A stretch of DNA of 64,000 nucleotides from Haliotis rufescens (lineage: Eukaryota), in assembly GCF_023055435.1 (NCBI RefSeq), contig NW_025963846.1, positions 5,952,001 through 6,016,000 of the forward strand, written 5' to 3'. The notes below the pieces were generated by a model. The model saw nothing but the letters and a program-made list of their open reading frames with translations, was not told the DNA's origin and made no database searches. A program made the translations under genes and the position numbers. Below are positions 39,372 to 50,178 of this stretch, piece by piece; the first letter of the stretch is position 1, and each line of letters begins with the position of its first letter.

Positions 39372-39722
39372 ATGCCGTTCGAAATCTCTTTTAAATCTGA
39401 TTGGACATATAACATCGAATTTTATAACGAAAATACTTCTATTAGCGTGTGCAATCATCTGAAACCAATTTTGAAATCTTTTTTAATTTATATTTTAGAC
39501 GAAATTTTAATTTATAGAAATAGTTTTCACCTTCATAACGCTTTGTTAACTTATGATATTTGTTCAACACATTTTACTTTGAACCGGCAGACTGAAGTGT
39601 TAACTGTAAATCAGTCAAATGGACAAGTGCAGCTGTCAGTAGGTGAAATTCGGGATATAATTTCATCTGTTAATCTATTGGAGCATTTTTTCCAAGAAAG
39701 AGTATTCCAAAACAAATTCTGA
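39372..39722 (+). CDS. Polinton hypothetical protein (116 aa)
   Basis: ATG-initiated ORF after a TATAAAA element (~39316) in AT-rich sequence; no recognised motif. Confidence 0.45.
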   Translation: MPFEISFKSDWTYNIEFYNENTSISVCNHLKPILKSFLIYILDEILIYRNSFHLHNALLTYDICSTHFTLNRQTEVLTVNQSNGQVQLSVGEIRDIISSVNLLEHFFQERVFQNKF

Positions 39723-40125
39723 AAAGGTAAGTTTTTATTTTATTATTTAATTTTAACTATATGCATTGCAATCAGTATTAATAGCACATTGTGTAAAGAA
39801 CGTAAATCTATCACCCATTCGCAACTTTATTACATGTTTACGGTATATAATGAATTTATAAGATTTAAGATGATTATATATGTTGGTCAGGACAGAATAG
39901 GCGGTTGGGGTGAGGAAAGACCAACTGATAATACATGTTTTACAACAGTCGCAAGGAAATAATGTCTATACCCTATATTCATTTTCATCTTGATCACTCT
40001 ACACAATGTTTTCATAGTCGTACACAATGGATGACCTTTCAACTACAAAAGTCCATTCAGACGTCAGATTCTATAAATCTAGCAGCGTGCGAAGTTAGTT
40101 TTTTTTTCACTCTGCCTGTGAAAAA

Positions 40126-40413
40126 ATGTCCGTTTCGTTTATGCTGAGAAATCCCACTCGCACAGATTATAATTTCGGTATTAGGCAACTTCGTCATTCT
40201 ATTTTTTTAAATTTTATTTCATCACGAAATTTGCTCTTTATTCTACAAAATCCACAGATAGAAAATAATATCAGTATTTTCTGTAAAATTTATTTTCGTA
40301 CGGATTTTACAGGAGCAATTATAATCCACGGAGAAGTGTTTATTTATTTAACAAGGAGACAATTAAAAAACCTTCAAAGTTGCCTGGAATTGTCGTTGCG
40401 CTTATCAACGTGA
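40126..40413 (+). CDS. Polinton hypothetical protein (95 aa)
   Basis: ATG ORF overlapping the end of the 39935-40147 ORF; no recognised motif. Confidence 0.4.
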   Translation: MSVSFMLRNPTRTDYNFGIRQLRHSIFLNFISSRNLLFILQNPQIENNISIFCKIYFRTDFTGAIIIHGEVFIYLTRRQLKNLQSCLELSLRLST

Positions 40414-40619
40414 GTATCTCTTTTATTTTCGTTGGTTATTCTTTGTAACTAGAAAGAAGGTTATTCGTTGTCACTTGTAACAAAGCTTTAATTTCATTCC
40501 ATTATCGACTTTCCTTTGATGACGCTCATGTGAGCGGCTTTCATCTCTCTACTACGTGTCATTTTGCACGTATAACAATGAACTGTCAATTTCGGGTGGG
40601 TTGTGGTATGGTGGTATTG

Positions 40620-40730
40620 TTTTATCCAATCAGCACGATCACATTTTGCACATGTGTTAATGTATTGCCAATGTTTGGCTGTTATTGAATATCCAATCAG
40701 AGTACGATATTAATTGTATATAAAAACCGT
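40620..40730 (+). promoter_or_regulatory. Pol II promoter of the membrane-protein gene
   Basis: Two ATCCAATCAG CCAAT boxes (~40624, ~40691) and TATATAAAAA (~40718), about 70 nt upstream of the ATG at 40793. Confidence 0.65.
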
Positions 40731-40792
40731 TGAAATCGCTAATTTATACCATTGAGAGAAAAAAAAAAAAAGAAAGAAAGAAAAAAAAAAAA

Positions 40793-41354
40793 ATGTTGAT
40801 AATAGTTTTGATCTACGTTGTTGTCGGTATTTCACATGGTGATGCTTTGCCGTGCTCATGGATCGGAGGATCAACTTTATCATGCTCTACCGAACAGCAT
40901 AAGTCAATTTCTCTTTTGTCCGGTCAACTCTATCGAGGAATATCCGTCATAAGAATTCACGGTTCACCATCACTGCTGCTAATCAACGGTGATTTGTTTC
41001 CACAACTGCAGGTATGCTATTCTATTTCTGTCCTGTCCTGTCCTGTCCTGTCCTGTCCTGTCCCGTCCTATCCTGTCCTGTTCACAGTCTAGTCTATTCT
41101 ATTCACAGGCAATTATAGGAGACGTGGACTGCAGCCGTGTTGTCGGCGTTCAGGTGCCGGTGAATGGCAAGTGGTGCAGTGGTAAGTATTTCATATATTT
41201 AGTCTGATTGACTGTTATTTTTCGTAATTAGTTACAAACTTTTTATTTTCTGTTGAACCTTTTATTTTGAAATCTTGTATTGCACAAACTTTATATTGTT
41301 TTATTATTGTTTTGCTTTCAGAGCTATCAACAACTGCTATTTCTTTATCTCTCT

Positions 41355-41385
<31 letters not shown>

Positions 41386-41959
41386 TACTACTACTACCAC
41401 TATCATTACTACTCTCCCTCCTACTTCCTCTACTGTTAGAATTAATAGCCTCTCATTGTTTCCTGCTACGGTTAATACTTCCACTTCTACTGCAGCTACT
41501 ACTACTGCACCAACTACCACAACTACTAATCCTGTTGTTACTAACCCTACTGCTACTACTACTACTGCTACTACTGCAGCTACGTCTACTACAGCTACTT
41601 CTCCAACTACTAATCCCGTTGTTACTAACCCTGTTGGCACTAACCCTGTTGCTATTACCACCTCCACAACTTCTACTGTTTCTTCTGTTAAATCATCTAC
41701 TCTGATTATTACCGGTTCTGTTGCTAATATTTCTTCACCAACTTCCACCGCTGATATCCGAAGCACCCGGTTATCAGATTCTACTATCGTAGGTATAACT
41801 ATTATTATTATTATCATCATATTCTTTCTGTTAATGGTTTTTTATTTGGTTTATCGAAAAAGGAAAGGTAATCATACAAGGTATATATCACCTCCTCCAG
41901 ATATAGAAGATAATGAGATAGAATTGTTTACATTTCAATCTAAAGTTAATAAATGTTAA
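40793..41959 (+). CDS. spliced type I membrane glycoprotein, mucin-stalk isoform (exons 40793-41011, 41109-41181, 41322-41959)
   Basis: Signal peptide MLIIVLIYVVVGISHG, small ectodomain with 4 Cys, Thr/Ser-rich stalk, TM segment IVGITIIIIIIIFFLLMVFYLVY, basic stop-transfer RKRK; canonical GT-AG introns with matching phases (0, 1). Confidence 0.8.
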
Positions 41960-42000
41960 AATTTTATTCTAACACTTTTATATTTTTATTTTTATTTTTT

Positions 42001-42033
<33 letters not shown>

Positions 42034-42068
42034 TTTTTTACCTATTCTTCACTTCATTTACCCATCAG

Positions 42069-42479
42069 CAAGACCCTATCACCCCTCCCATCCCTACACT
42101 ATCAGCAACGGCGATGGCTATGATGATGATGATCATCATGATGAGGAGTGTCGTGGTTGTGGTAAGTATTATTATAATTTAGTGTCGTGTCTGTGGTAAA
42201 TTTGAAGTTATAAATGTAATACTTGGATTTGGAGTTTATATTAATTGAACTTTAATTTTTAACTTTAATTTAATTATTACTTTTTCAGTGATGAAGTCGG
42301 AGGTGACGGCACTCCTCATCATGGCTGTCCTGGCTGCGGTGGGCATTCCGTCGGGACTCGCTTTGCGGTGGTTTCTCCGCAGGAGACGGAATGCCCGCCG
42401 CACCCTTCACCGTCACCGTCGCGAGGAGGAGGAGCACGATGAACCACCTCACCTCAGGCGGGAAGTAACAGAATTGTAA
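42069..42479 (+). CDS. alternative 3' exons of the same gene (42069-42161, 42289-42479): His/Asp spacer, TM segment, Arg-rich tail
   Basis: 93-nt phase 1-1 exon ARPYHPSHPYTISNGDGYDDDDHHDEECRGC joins in frame to VMKSEVTALLIMAVLAAVGIPSGLALRWFLRRRR...TEL*; AATAAA follows at ~42506. Confidence 0.7.
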
Positions 42480-42643
42480 TCAATAACGCATTAATCCTTG
42501 TAAACAATAAATTCTATGATTATGATAAAAATATATGTTTTATGTCTTGTTTTATCTAGTAACGTTGTAGTCTTGCGAGCGTTTTTCCGATAAACCCGCC
42601 AGAGTTGATTGTGGTATATATATATAATATATGTATGTATATA

Positions 42644-42687
<44 letters not shown>

Positions 42688-42801
42688 ACCTCGAAACCAG
42701 TTGGAAACAAGTCATTAGCCTTCACGGTTGTCACTGGTAAACCCCGTCAAAACAAAGAAAGCCGGTTGGTATGAATACATATACCGAAATACGGATGAAG
42801 C

Positions 42802-43037
42802 GAGCGACCTACTCGTCTGATCCAAGGGAGGTAACTCGTATCACACTAGTGGCTCATATCAATTTGTCAGACCAAGAGAGCGACCGGCTCGCCTGATCCG
42901 AGGGAGGTAACTCGTATCACACTAGTGGTTCATATCACATTGTTAGACCAAGAGAGCGGCTGACTCGTCTGATCCAAGGGAGGTAACTCGTATCACACAA
43001 GTGTCTTATATCACGCATTGATATACCAAGAGAGCGA
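42802..43037. repeat. three ~76-bp direct repeats containing CTGATCC.AGGGAGGTAACTCGTATCACAC
   Basis: Unit starts at 42802, 42878 and 42954. Confidence 0.9.
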
Positions 43038-43189
43038 ATAACTATGAATTGAAACATAAAACATACACACATTCTGATTTTAAATATGCTTTTTTTATTT
43101 TAGAAAACACAGTGAAATGCTTGCGTATGTGGCAATAATATCCGTGATGTAAATAAATCTACGTTGAAGCAGTCTTTTTCTTTCTCGTC

Positions 43190-44046
43190 TCAACGAACAT
43201 TGTACCCCTCGATGGCTGAAAAGGAAGGGTGAATTATTAATAATAATAATAATAATAATAATAATCCAAAGCACTCAAAGCAGTACCAAAACTGATTCCT
43301 AAATGGTTGTACACTACTGCTCGCAAGTTAGTCACCGTTGTAAATACACTACTTTACGAAAGTTTATGTCCGTGAAAATGCAAAATACAGTGCTAAAGTC
43401 ATTATAAACTACCGCTCATGCTTTGTTCCGAATGAGAAAGTGTAGTAACCGCGAAATATAAGCAATGGCTGTACACTACCGCTCGCAAGTTAGTCACCAT
43501 TATGAAATAGGCTACTAAACAAAAGTTTATACCCATGAAAATGAAAATACAGAGCTGAAGTCATTTATAAACTACTACTCATGCTTGTTTTTAATGATAA
43601 AACTGTTGTAACCACAACATTAAAACACACCTGTATTATATCAAAACTAACTTACCATCAGCATAACCCCGCTTCAGTTGGTTAGTTACCGGATTGGTTC
43701 TTCCTGTTGTTAGCGTTTTACCAGCTGGCATCGTTCCGGTAGGCATATTTCCGACAGCAGCAGGATAAGAGGGCGGAGGTGGGGGTACCATGTCGCTTCC
43801 CGTCTGAGGAATACCCGGAATGACTGGAACTTCGCATGCCATCTCATAGCCCTCCAAAGCAGATAGAATTTGTTCGCGATCTTCAAACAGTTTTCTAAAT
43901 ACACTGCTTTTCAAGGAAATGGTTTTCCTTTCCTTTTTGCTGTTGTAGTTTGAAAGATGCACCCAAGCATCATCGCGAAACAAGTTGATGGACAACCAAT
44001 GTCCAGCAGCCCACTCAAACGTAGTGTGGTTGTGATTGTCAGACAT
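43190..44046 (-). CDS. PC4/p15-like ssDNA-binding protein, two exons (44046-43656, 43215-43190)
   Basis: FEWAAGHWLSINLFRDDAWVHLSNY...KTISLKSSVFRKL follows the PC4 pattern; Pro-rich tail with PPPPSY; donor GATG|GTAAGT joins in frame to TTTTCAG|CC ATC GAG...CGT TGA. Confidence 0.65.
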
Positions 44047-45200
44047 TTTTGAGTAAAGTGTCTTCTCCACTAACCACTATCACGTTGTATTTATACTCAC
44101 TCCTCAAGTAAGGTGATTCAGCATGTTGACACTTTCTCACGGGAAAAACTACTTCATTATGTTACCTTGTTCTTTTCAAATGGTATCAACTGTTACACCC
44201 CACATACAAATGGAGTATACATTTACTTCTGACTCACTATACTTTGCTTGTAAGTGATGGTATACGATTTTTAATTAGTACGTTTTCTAGATACTCCCCT
44301 GTTTGATCAGTCGGCAGCCCTATAGACTTAACAAGAGCGAATCCACAAAGCCACCACTTGTTACTCTATCATTTTTAATCAATATCGAGTTTTTAGTAAC
44401 ACACTCTCTATACAGCTCTTTCATTAAGGAACATCTGTACTTTTAAAGTGTCACGTTTTCAGCACCATCCCATGGTAAACACTCAACAACAATAAATTGT
44501 ATAGCTTGTGTACTCAGTCAAGGTGATTCAGCAGTTCATTTTTATATAGTCTTTCATAAAGAAACACCTGTGCTTTTAAAGAGACACGTTTTCAGTACCA
44601 TCCCATGGTAAACATTTCCCATCAATAACAAAAATAAAATTAAAAAAGTTGTATTGCTTGTGTACTCGGTCAAGGTGATTCAGCAGTTCATAGTACTACC
44701 CTATTATACACCCCGCTTGATACATCTGTCTTGAAGCAACCTGAAACTGTTTTGAATAGCAGCCAAACCACTCATGTTCATTGTTAGCAGCTGTTTGCAC
44801 TTAAGTTTGAACTAATATTTCTATAGAGCTCCAAAATGTATAGTTTGGAATAAGAAGTCCATTCACTTTTATATTTTTCACCATTTTCGTCTGAGAAATT
44901 GCCAAGGCAACATCAACCAAAAGTGTACAGGAAACGTTAACCATTAACACGCATCCTTAGGATAGGAATCTCCAGCAAAAGAGCAAGTACTCCACTTTTA
45001 CTGCATACTTACACTTTGACATTTGTTAGATTATTTAAAACTTATACACTTAACGTATTATTTAAAACTTATTATCACGATATAATACTTAAAACTGATA
45101 GTAACCATTTTAGTTTAATGCTTAGTTGATGTTCGTTTTTGTTTTTTTGTTTTCAGGTAACTACCAACTCATACACACTTAGTTGGTGAATACCTATTTA

Positions 45201-48200
45201 ATGACTATGTACACCACGAGTAGAGACTCCTACTGTGAAAATTGTCACACTTGTTTTGGTTTTAAAAGAAATTTAACAAGACATCAACAAATATGTGGGA
45301 AAGTTGGGGATCAATTTTCATGTCAGTATTGTAGAAAATATTTTTCCAGAAAAGATAGTTTAAAACGACATGTGAAAAGCTGTCAAAAAGTAGTCAATCC
45401 TTTGGTTTGCCAATGTTCACTGTGTTTTCAACACTTTACCCATGAACTTGCTTTTCAATCACACTTACCACATTGTCTAAACACGACTTCGCAATATGAT
45501 TCTCCTTCCACCTCATCACCACCTCCCATTCCTTCCTCCTACCCCCCTCCACCGCCCATCCCCTCCTCTGATGTTTCTCCTTCTTATCCCAATCCCTACC
45601 TCATAAACGAGATTTCGCAAAATGATGTAACCTGTCAGACTTGTCAGACAATGTTTCCAACTTCGAAAGCATTGCGACTGCATAAGAATAGAACAGGACA
45701 TGATATGTGGGGTGGTAGCAAAGGCAAGTTAAGTAGGAAAAAAACGGCTACAGTATCTGCACTTCCATCCAACCCTTCTTTGCCTCCCATTCCCTCCCCA
45801 CCAGGTACTCCTCCTAATCCTGAACCTGTTGGTGACACTTCTGATCATGCTCGCCCATGTACCAGCGAATCTTTAGGTGGAGATGTGAGAGAGTATGAGT
45901 TTAAAGGACAGGGTGCTACAGATGCTTTACATTTTATGGTGAATCAACAAGCTGTCATTATTGATGTGATCAAGACAGAACTCAGAGAGAAACAGTCAGT
46001 GAAATGGGGATTATGTCTTCACATCAGAATGGTTAAACCTACTGAAGATGAAACAGCTAATATTCACGAGGCTTACTTTCGAAGCACAATGGTCATAGCT
46101 ACACAAGGAACCAATTTGTCCGATCAATACCTTGAAGCCATGCACAAGATATTGCGTTCACTAGATAATTATCAGGGTGAACATTCTAATTTAAACGTGC
46201 TAGACATTGCAATGATGAAAGTGATCATCGTTAAATTTAAGCCTTTTAAAGGCGGTACATACATCCCTCTTCCCAAAGAAATTGCATACAAAACTAAAAG
46301 TGTTGTGAATGTAGAAAACAATGATGAGATGTGTTTTATCTATAGCATTTTAGCCAAACTGTTTCCCGCTCTGCATCATCCAACACGGGTGAAGCATTAT
46401 CAACCTTTTGTGAACAGATTGAATTTGGATGGGTTTACTTTTCCGATGACACTCAAACAAATCCCACGATTTGAACAAGTCAATCAGTTGAGTATCAATG
46501 TGTATGGCTTCGAAGATAAGACTCTCTATCCACTTTACATAAGCAACGTATCCAACATAGAACCAGACAGTCAAATTGATTTGTTGATGCTTTCACAAGA
46601 GAATGAGCCCGAAGATTTTGAAGGATTCATAGGCCTAGAGGGTCATGAACTTATGGATGTAGAAACGAAAGCAGACACCCATTTTTGTTTGATCACTAAG
46701 TTGAAAAATTTTGTCAAAAACCCTGAGAAAAAACGTAGTAACCAGTATTATATTTGCAGAAAATGTTTGTGGACATACAGCTCACAAGAAAGGTTGAATA
46801 AGCACAAGGGGTATTGTTTTGATAAAGCTCAGCGTGTCAATATGCCTAAACCCGAGAAAGCAGTCTATCAGTTTGGATTACGATCTGAAGCTAAAACAGA
46901 AAGAGCTAAATTTCTTATTGTGGCCGATTTTGAAAGTTTGCTGTTGCCAGTCGAAAATCATGCATCGCGTTTGAACAGACATGTTCCTTGTGCCTATGCT
47001 TACAAAGTTATTTGTTCAGAGCAGCGGTATTCGAAATCTGTTCAAACCTATGTAGGTTCAGATGCAGCAGAACACTTTATTCAAGACATTTTAAGAGAAT
47101 ATGATGAAATTAAGGAGATCTTTGCCAATGTTGTTCCCATGCAATTATCTCATCAGGATAGGACAAGCATAGCAAACACAACTCAGTGTGGATTATGTGG
47201 AAAAGAGTTAGGGAAAGATAGGGTGTTAGATCATGACCATCTCAGTGGTGCTTTTAGACAAGTATTACACAACAAGTGTAACCTAAATTTCCAGCTGCAA
47301 AAGAAAGTGTATCTGATGTTGCATAATTCAGAGCGTTATGATACGCATCTTATTCTTGAAGCAGCACGTGAATTTGGAGAGAGAAGTATTCAGATCATAC
47401 CCCATAATTCTGAACAGTTTCTGTCTTTTACTGTCGACAATGATCTGGTCTTCCTAGATTCTTGCAAATTTTTGCAAAGCTCTTTAGATGCTCTGACTAA
47501 GAATCAGATGAATAAAGGATTAGACACATTTGTTTTCTTGAAAGAGCAGTTCCCACAGCATGTTGGTATAATGACTCGAAAGCTTCCTTTTCCTTATGAG
47601 TACATGGATTCATGGGAAAAATTAAATGACACACAGTTGCCACCTAAAGAATCCTTCTACAGTTCCTTGAGTGATGAAGGCATTACTGATGAAGACTATG
47701 TCTTTGCCCATGAATTGTGGCATACATTCGCATGCAACACAATGTCTGACTTTACACGGTTGTATGTGGTTGTAGACACACTGTTGTTGGCTGATATTGT
47801 CGAAACATTCAGAACTGGATGTTTAGCAGATTATGGACTTGACATCTGTCACTACTATTCCATGCCTGGGTTTTGTATTGATGCAGCACTGAAAGTCACC
47901 GGGGTCAAGCTTGATCTCTTCACTGATGTAGATAGTTACAATTTTGTGGAAAATTCCATTCGGGGAGGCGTGTCTGTCATCGGTAAGAAATTTGCCGAAA
48001 GCAACAATGAATACATGTCTAATTATAACCCAGAAAAAGAGGCCTCAGTGCTTCTGTACATGGACTTTAACAGTCTTTATTCTGGAGTTATGCTGGAACC
48101 CCTACCTATTGGTAACTATCAGTTCATGTCAGCACAAGATTATGAAACTATTGATTGGGTTACAATAGATACCCAAGGGGATACAGGTTACATTTTGGAA

Positions 48201-49367
48201 GTGGACTTGCACTATCCTAAACATTTACACAAACTTCATGCTGCTTTCCCCATGGCTCCTACCCATGACAACATTCCCTTTGAGGACTTTTCACCTTATC
48301 ACAAAGAGTTACTCAGCCAGTTCTATACCTCCCAGTGTCAAAAACCCTCAGGCAAGAAATTGTTTGCTACTTTAAAAGATCGCTTGAACTATGTGGTTCA
48401 TTTCAAAACTTTGCAACTGTATTTGAGACATGGGCTAGTCCTCCAACACATTCATAGAGTGTTAAAGTTCAAGCAAGGTCCCTGGTTGAAACCCTATGTT
48501 CAGTTAAATTTGGAAAGTCGCAAACACGCAACTGATGCCTGTGACAAGGACCGATATAAACTTATGAATAATTGTGTGTTTGGCAGGTTCTGTATGAATA
48601 AACGCAAGCGGAAATCCGTGCACTTAGTGACCCAAAGACAGCAATTTCGCAGTTATGTAGCTAAAACCAATTTCAAGCAGGTGAAAGTGTTTTCAGAAGA
48701 TGTTGTGTCCGTGGAAATGGAGCAAGTGTCTGTCCTTTTAGATCAACCTATCGCTGTTGGTTTCAGTATTTTGGATTTAGCCAAATTTCAAATCCTTTCT
48801 TTCTATTATGACGTCATGCAACAGCAATATGGACCAGAACGATTGGACTTGCTCATGACAGACACAGACAGTCTCTTTTTGCACATTCATGCCCCTCCAC
48901 ACGAGACTTTGCTTGATCCCTACATATTCATGAAGCAAAATCTGCATTTGTTTGATACTTCCAATTATGATCAGAACGATCCTAAAGGATTGTATTCGAA
49001 TGAAAACAAAAAAGTCACAGGAAAGATGAAGGATGAAGCTGCAGGAAAGATCATTTTAGAGTTTGTAGGGTTGAAAAGCAAAATGTATTCCTTTTTGATA
49101 CAATCAGATGAGAACACTGTATCAAACCAAAAGACAGCTAAAGGAATAAAGAAATCTGTCATTGCTAAGCAATTGACCCATAAGAAATACAAAGACAGTC
49201 TCCTGGAGAGGAAACCTTTTTATTGTTCCTATTCACTCATTCGCTCTCACAATAACACTTTATACACTGAGTCATTAAGCAAAATAGCATTATCCCCCTT
49301 AGATGATAAACGTTATGTACTAGAGGATGGTATATATAGTTTACCCTATGGGTATTCACCAGTCTAA
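45201..49367 (+). CDS. protein-primed family B DNA polymerase (pPolB) with N-terminal zinc fingers, vOTU-like and EndoVII/HNH-like regions
   Basis: Exo motifs VADFES, HNSERYD, YVVVDT; Pol motifs YMDFNSLY, KLMNNCVFG, MTDTDS, KSKMY; DHDHLSG...HNKCN insertion; C-terminal LSPLDDKRY. First ATG at 45201 (ORF open from 45183). Confidence 0.97.
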   Translation: MTMYTTSRDSYCENCHTCFGFKRNLTRHQQICGKVGDQFSCQYCRKYFSRKDSLKRHVKSCQKVVNPLVCQCSLCFQHFTHELAFQSHLPHCLNTTSQYDSPSTSSPPPIPSSYPPPPPIPSSDVSPSYPNPYLINEISQNDVTCQTCQTMFPTSKALRLHKNRTGHDMWGGSKGKLSRKKTATVSALPSNPSLPPIPSPPGTPPNPEPVGDTSDHARPCTSESLGGDVREYEFKGQGATDALHFMVNQQAVIIDVIKTELREKQSVKWGLCLHIRMVKPTEDETANIHEAYFRSTMVIATQGTNLSDQYLEAMHKILRSLDNYQGEHSNLNVLDIAMMKVIIVKFKPFKGGTYIPLPKEIAYKTKSVVNVENNDEMCFIYSILAKLFPALHHPTRVKHYQPFVNRLNLDGFTFPMTLKQIPRFEQVNQLSINVYGFEDKTLYPLYISNVSNIEPDSQIDLLMLSQENEPEDFEGFIGLEGHELMDVETKADTHFCLITKLKNFVKNPEKKRSNQYYICRKCLWTYSSQERLNKHKGYCFDKAQRVNMPKPEKAVYQFGLRSEAKTERAKFLIVADFESLLLPVENHASRLNRHVPCAYAYKVICSEQRYSKSVQTYVGSDAAEHFIQDILREYDEIKEIFANVVPMQLSHQDRTSIANTTQCGLCGKELGKDRVLDHDHLSGAFRQVLHNKCNLNFQLQKKVYLMLHNSERYDTHLILEAAREFGERSIQIIPHNSEQFLSFTVDNDLVFLDSCKFLQSSLDALTKNQMNKGLDTFVFLKEQFPQHVGIMTRKLPFPYEYMDSWEKLNDTQLPPKESFYSSLSDEGITDEDYVFAHELWHTFACNTMSDFTRLYVVVDTLLLADIVETFRTGCLADYGLDICHYYSMPGFCIDAALKVTGVKLDLFTDVDSYNFVENSIRGGVSVIGKKFAESNNEYMSNYNPEKEASVLLYMDFNSLYSGVMLEPLPIGNYQFMSAQDYETIDWVTIDTQGDTGYILEVDLHYPKHLHKLHAAFPMAPTHDNIPFEDFSPYHKELLSQFYTSQCQKPSGKKLFATLKDRLNYVVHFKTLQLYLRHGLVLQHIHRVLKFKQGPWLKPYVQLNLESRKHATDACDKDRYKLMNNCVFGRFCMNKRKRKSVHLVTQRQQFRSYVAKTNFKQVKVFSEDVVSVEMEQVSVLLDQPIAVGFSILDLAKFQILSFYYDVMQQQYGPERLDLLMTDTDSLFLHIHAPPHETLLDPYIFMKQNLHLFDTSNYDQNDPKGLYSNENKKVTGKMKDEAAGKIILEFVGLKSKMYSFLIQSDENTVSNQKTAKGIKKSVIAKQLTHKKYKDSLLERKPFYCSYSLIRSHNNTLYTESLSKIALSPLDDKRYVLEDGIYSLPYGYSPV

Positions 49368-49563
49368 GAGTATGTGGTAATGCTGTTCAAGTTCCACATT
49401 TTAGAGATGGGTGATTGATACAGGTACCCTCCTCCTTTTTTGCCGAATGTTATCCATTTTTAATTTAACAATAATAATAATTCTAATATTAATAGTAATA
49501 ATTGCTGTTATCATCACACTTAAAGTGTTTCACTCATTTAATTATCTTTATGATTACAGCAAC

Positions 49564-50178
49564 ATGAGTACCACCGGATTCATTTACCAGTTAAGACGAA
49601 ACGGCGGCAATGACATACTGTATTATGAAGGTAGAAGCTTCCGAAGAAGCCATGAGGATGCCATGCAGGCAGGTTTACAGCGTGCAAGAAGAATGTTCCA
49701 TCAAGACGAGAATCATCAAACACCCAACTATTCAGTAACTGTGCGTGAAATTCACATCAACAGGAGACAAATAACCAATCGCTTACAGCTGCGTCGAAAC
49801 AAAAGACTTTTCGTAGGCATCTTGGAAACTCACTATCTCAATGAACTCCAGAGACTTGTTCGGAAGTTATGTTGTGATAATTGTTATGGATGTGAAGTTA
49901 ATCATCCATCGCAAGTACATCACCAGTGTCTCATGATGAACAGTGACGAGTGTATTACTCAATACTTTGATCGTGCAGTGAATGAGCTGCCCCTTCATAC
50001 CATCTTGGAAAAAGCCAAGCAACAGAGGGTAAGCCTTGGGCTAGAGTTTCAGGATCAGCACACTGTGCATTTCAATGACACCGATTATATGCATAGTCAT
50101 TTCTTCTGCAATGACAGAAAAGAAAGACTTGAGATGCAGCTCAGAGTCCTTATGAACATGGAAGATAGTAATAACTAA
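49564..50178 (+). CDS. Polinton accessory protein with CxxCxxC...HxC motif
   Basis: Likely start MSTTG after an acceptor-like TTACAG; motif CCDNCYGCEVNHPSQVHHQCL. Confidence 0.75.
   Translation: MSTTGFIYQLRRNGGNDILYYEGRSFRRSHEDAMQAGLQRARRMFHQDENHQTPNYSVTVREIHINRRQITNRLQLRRNKRLFVGILETHYLNELQRLVRKLCCDNCYGCEVNHPSQVHHQCLMMNSDECITQYFDRAVNELPLHTILEKAKQQRVSLGLEFQDQHTVHFNDTDYMHSHFFCNDRKERLEMQLRVLMNMEDSNN

Noticed and set aside
41215-41820. Val-rich minus-strand ORF and Leu-rich alternative-frame ORF
   Set aside because: Shadows of the (ACT)n Thr-rich mucin exon.
49411-49563. Hydrophobic N-terminal extension suggesting a TM segment on the 255-aa ORF
   Set aside because: Derived from an (ATA)n low-complexity tract ending in an acceptor-like TTACAG; probably intron or UTR.
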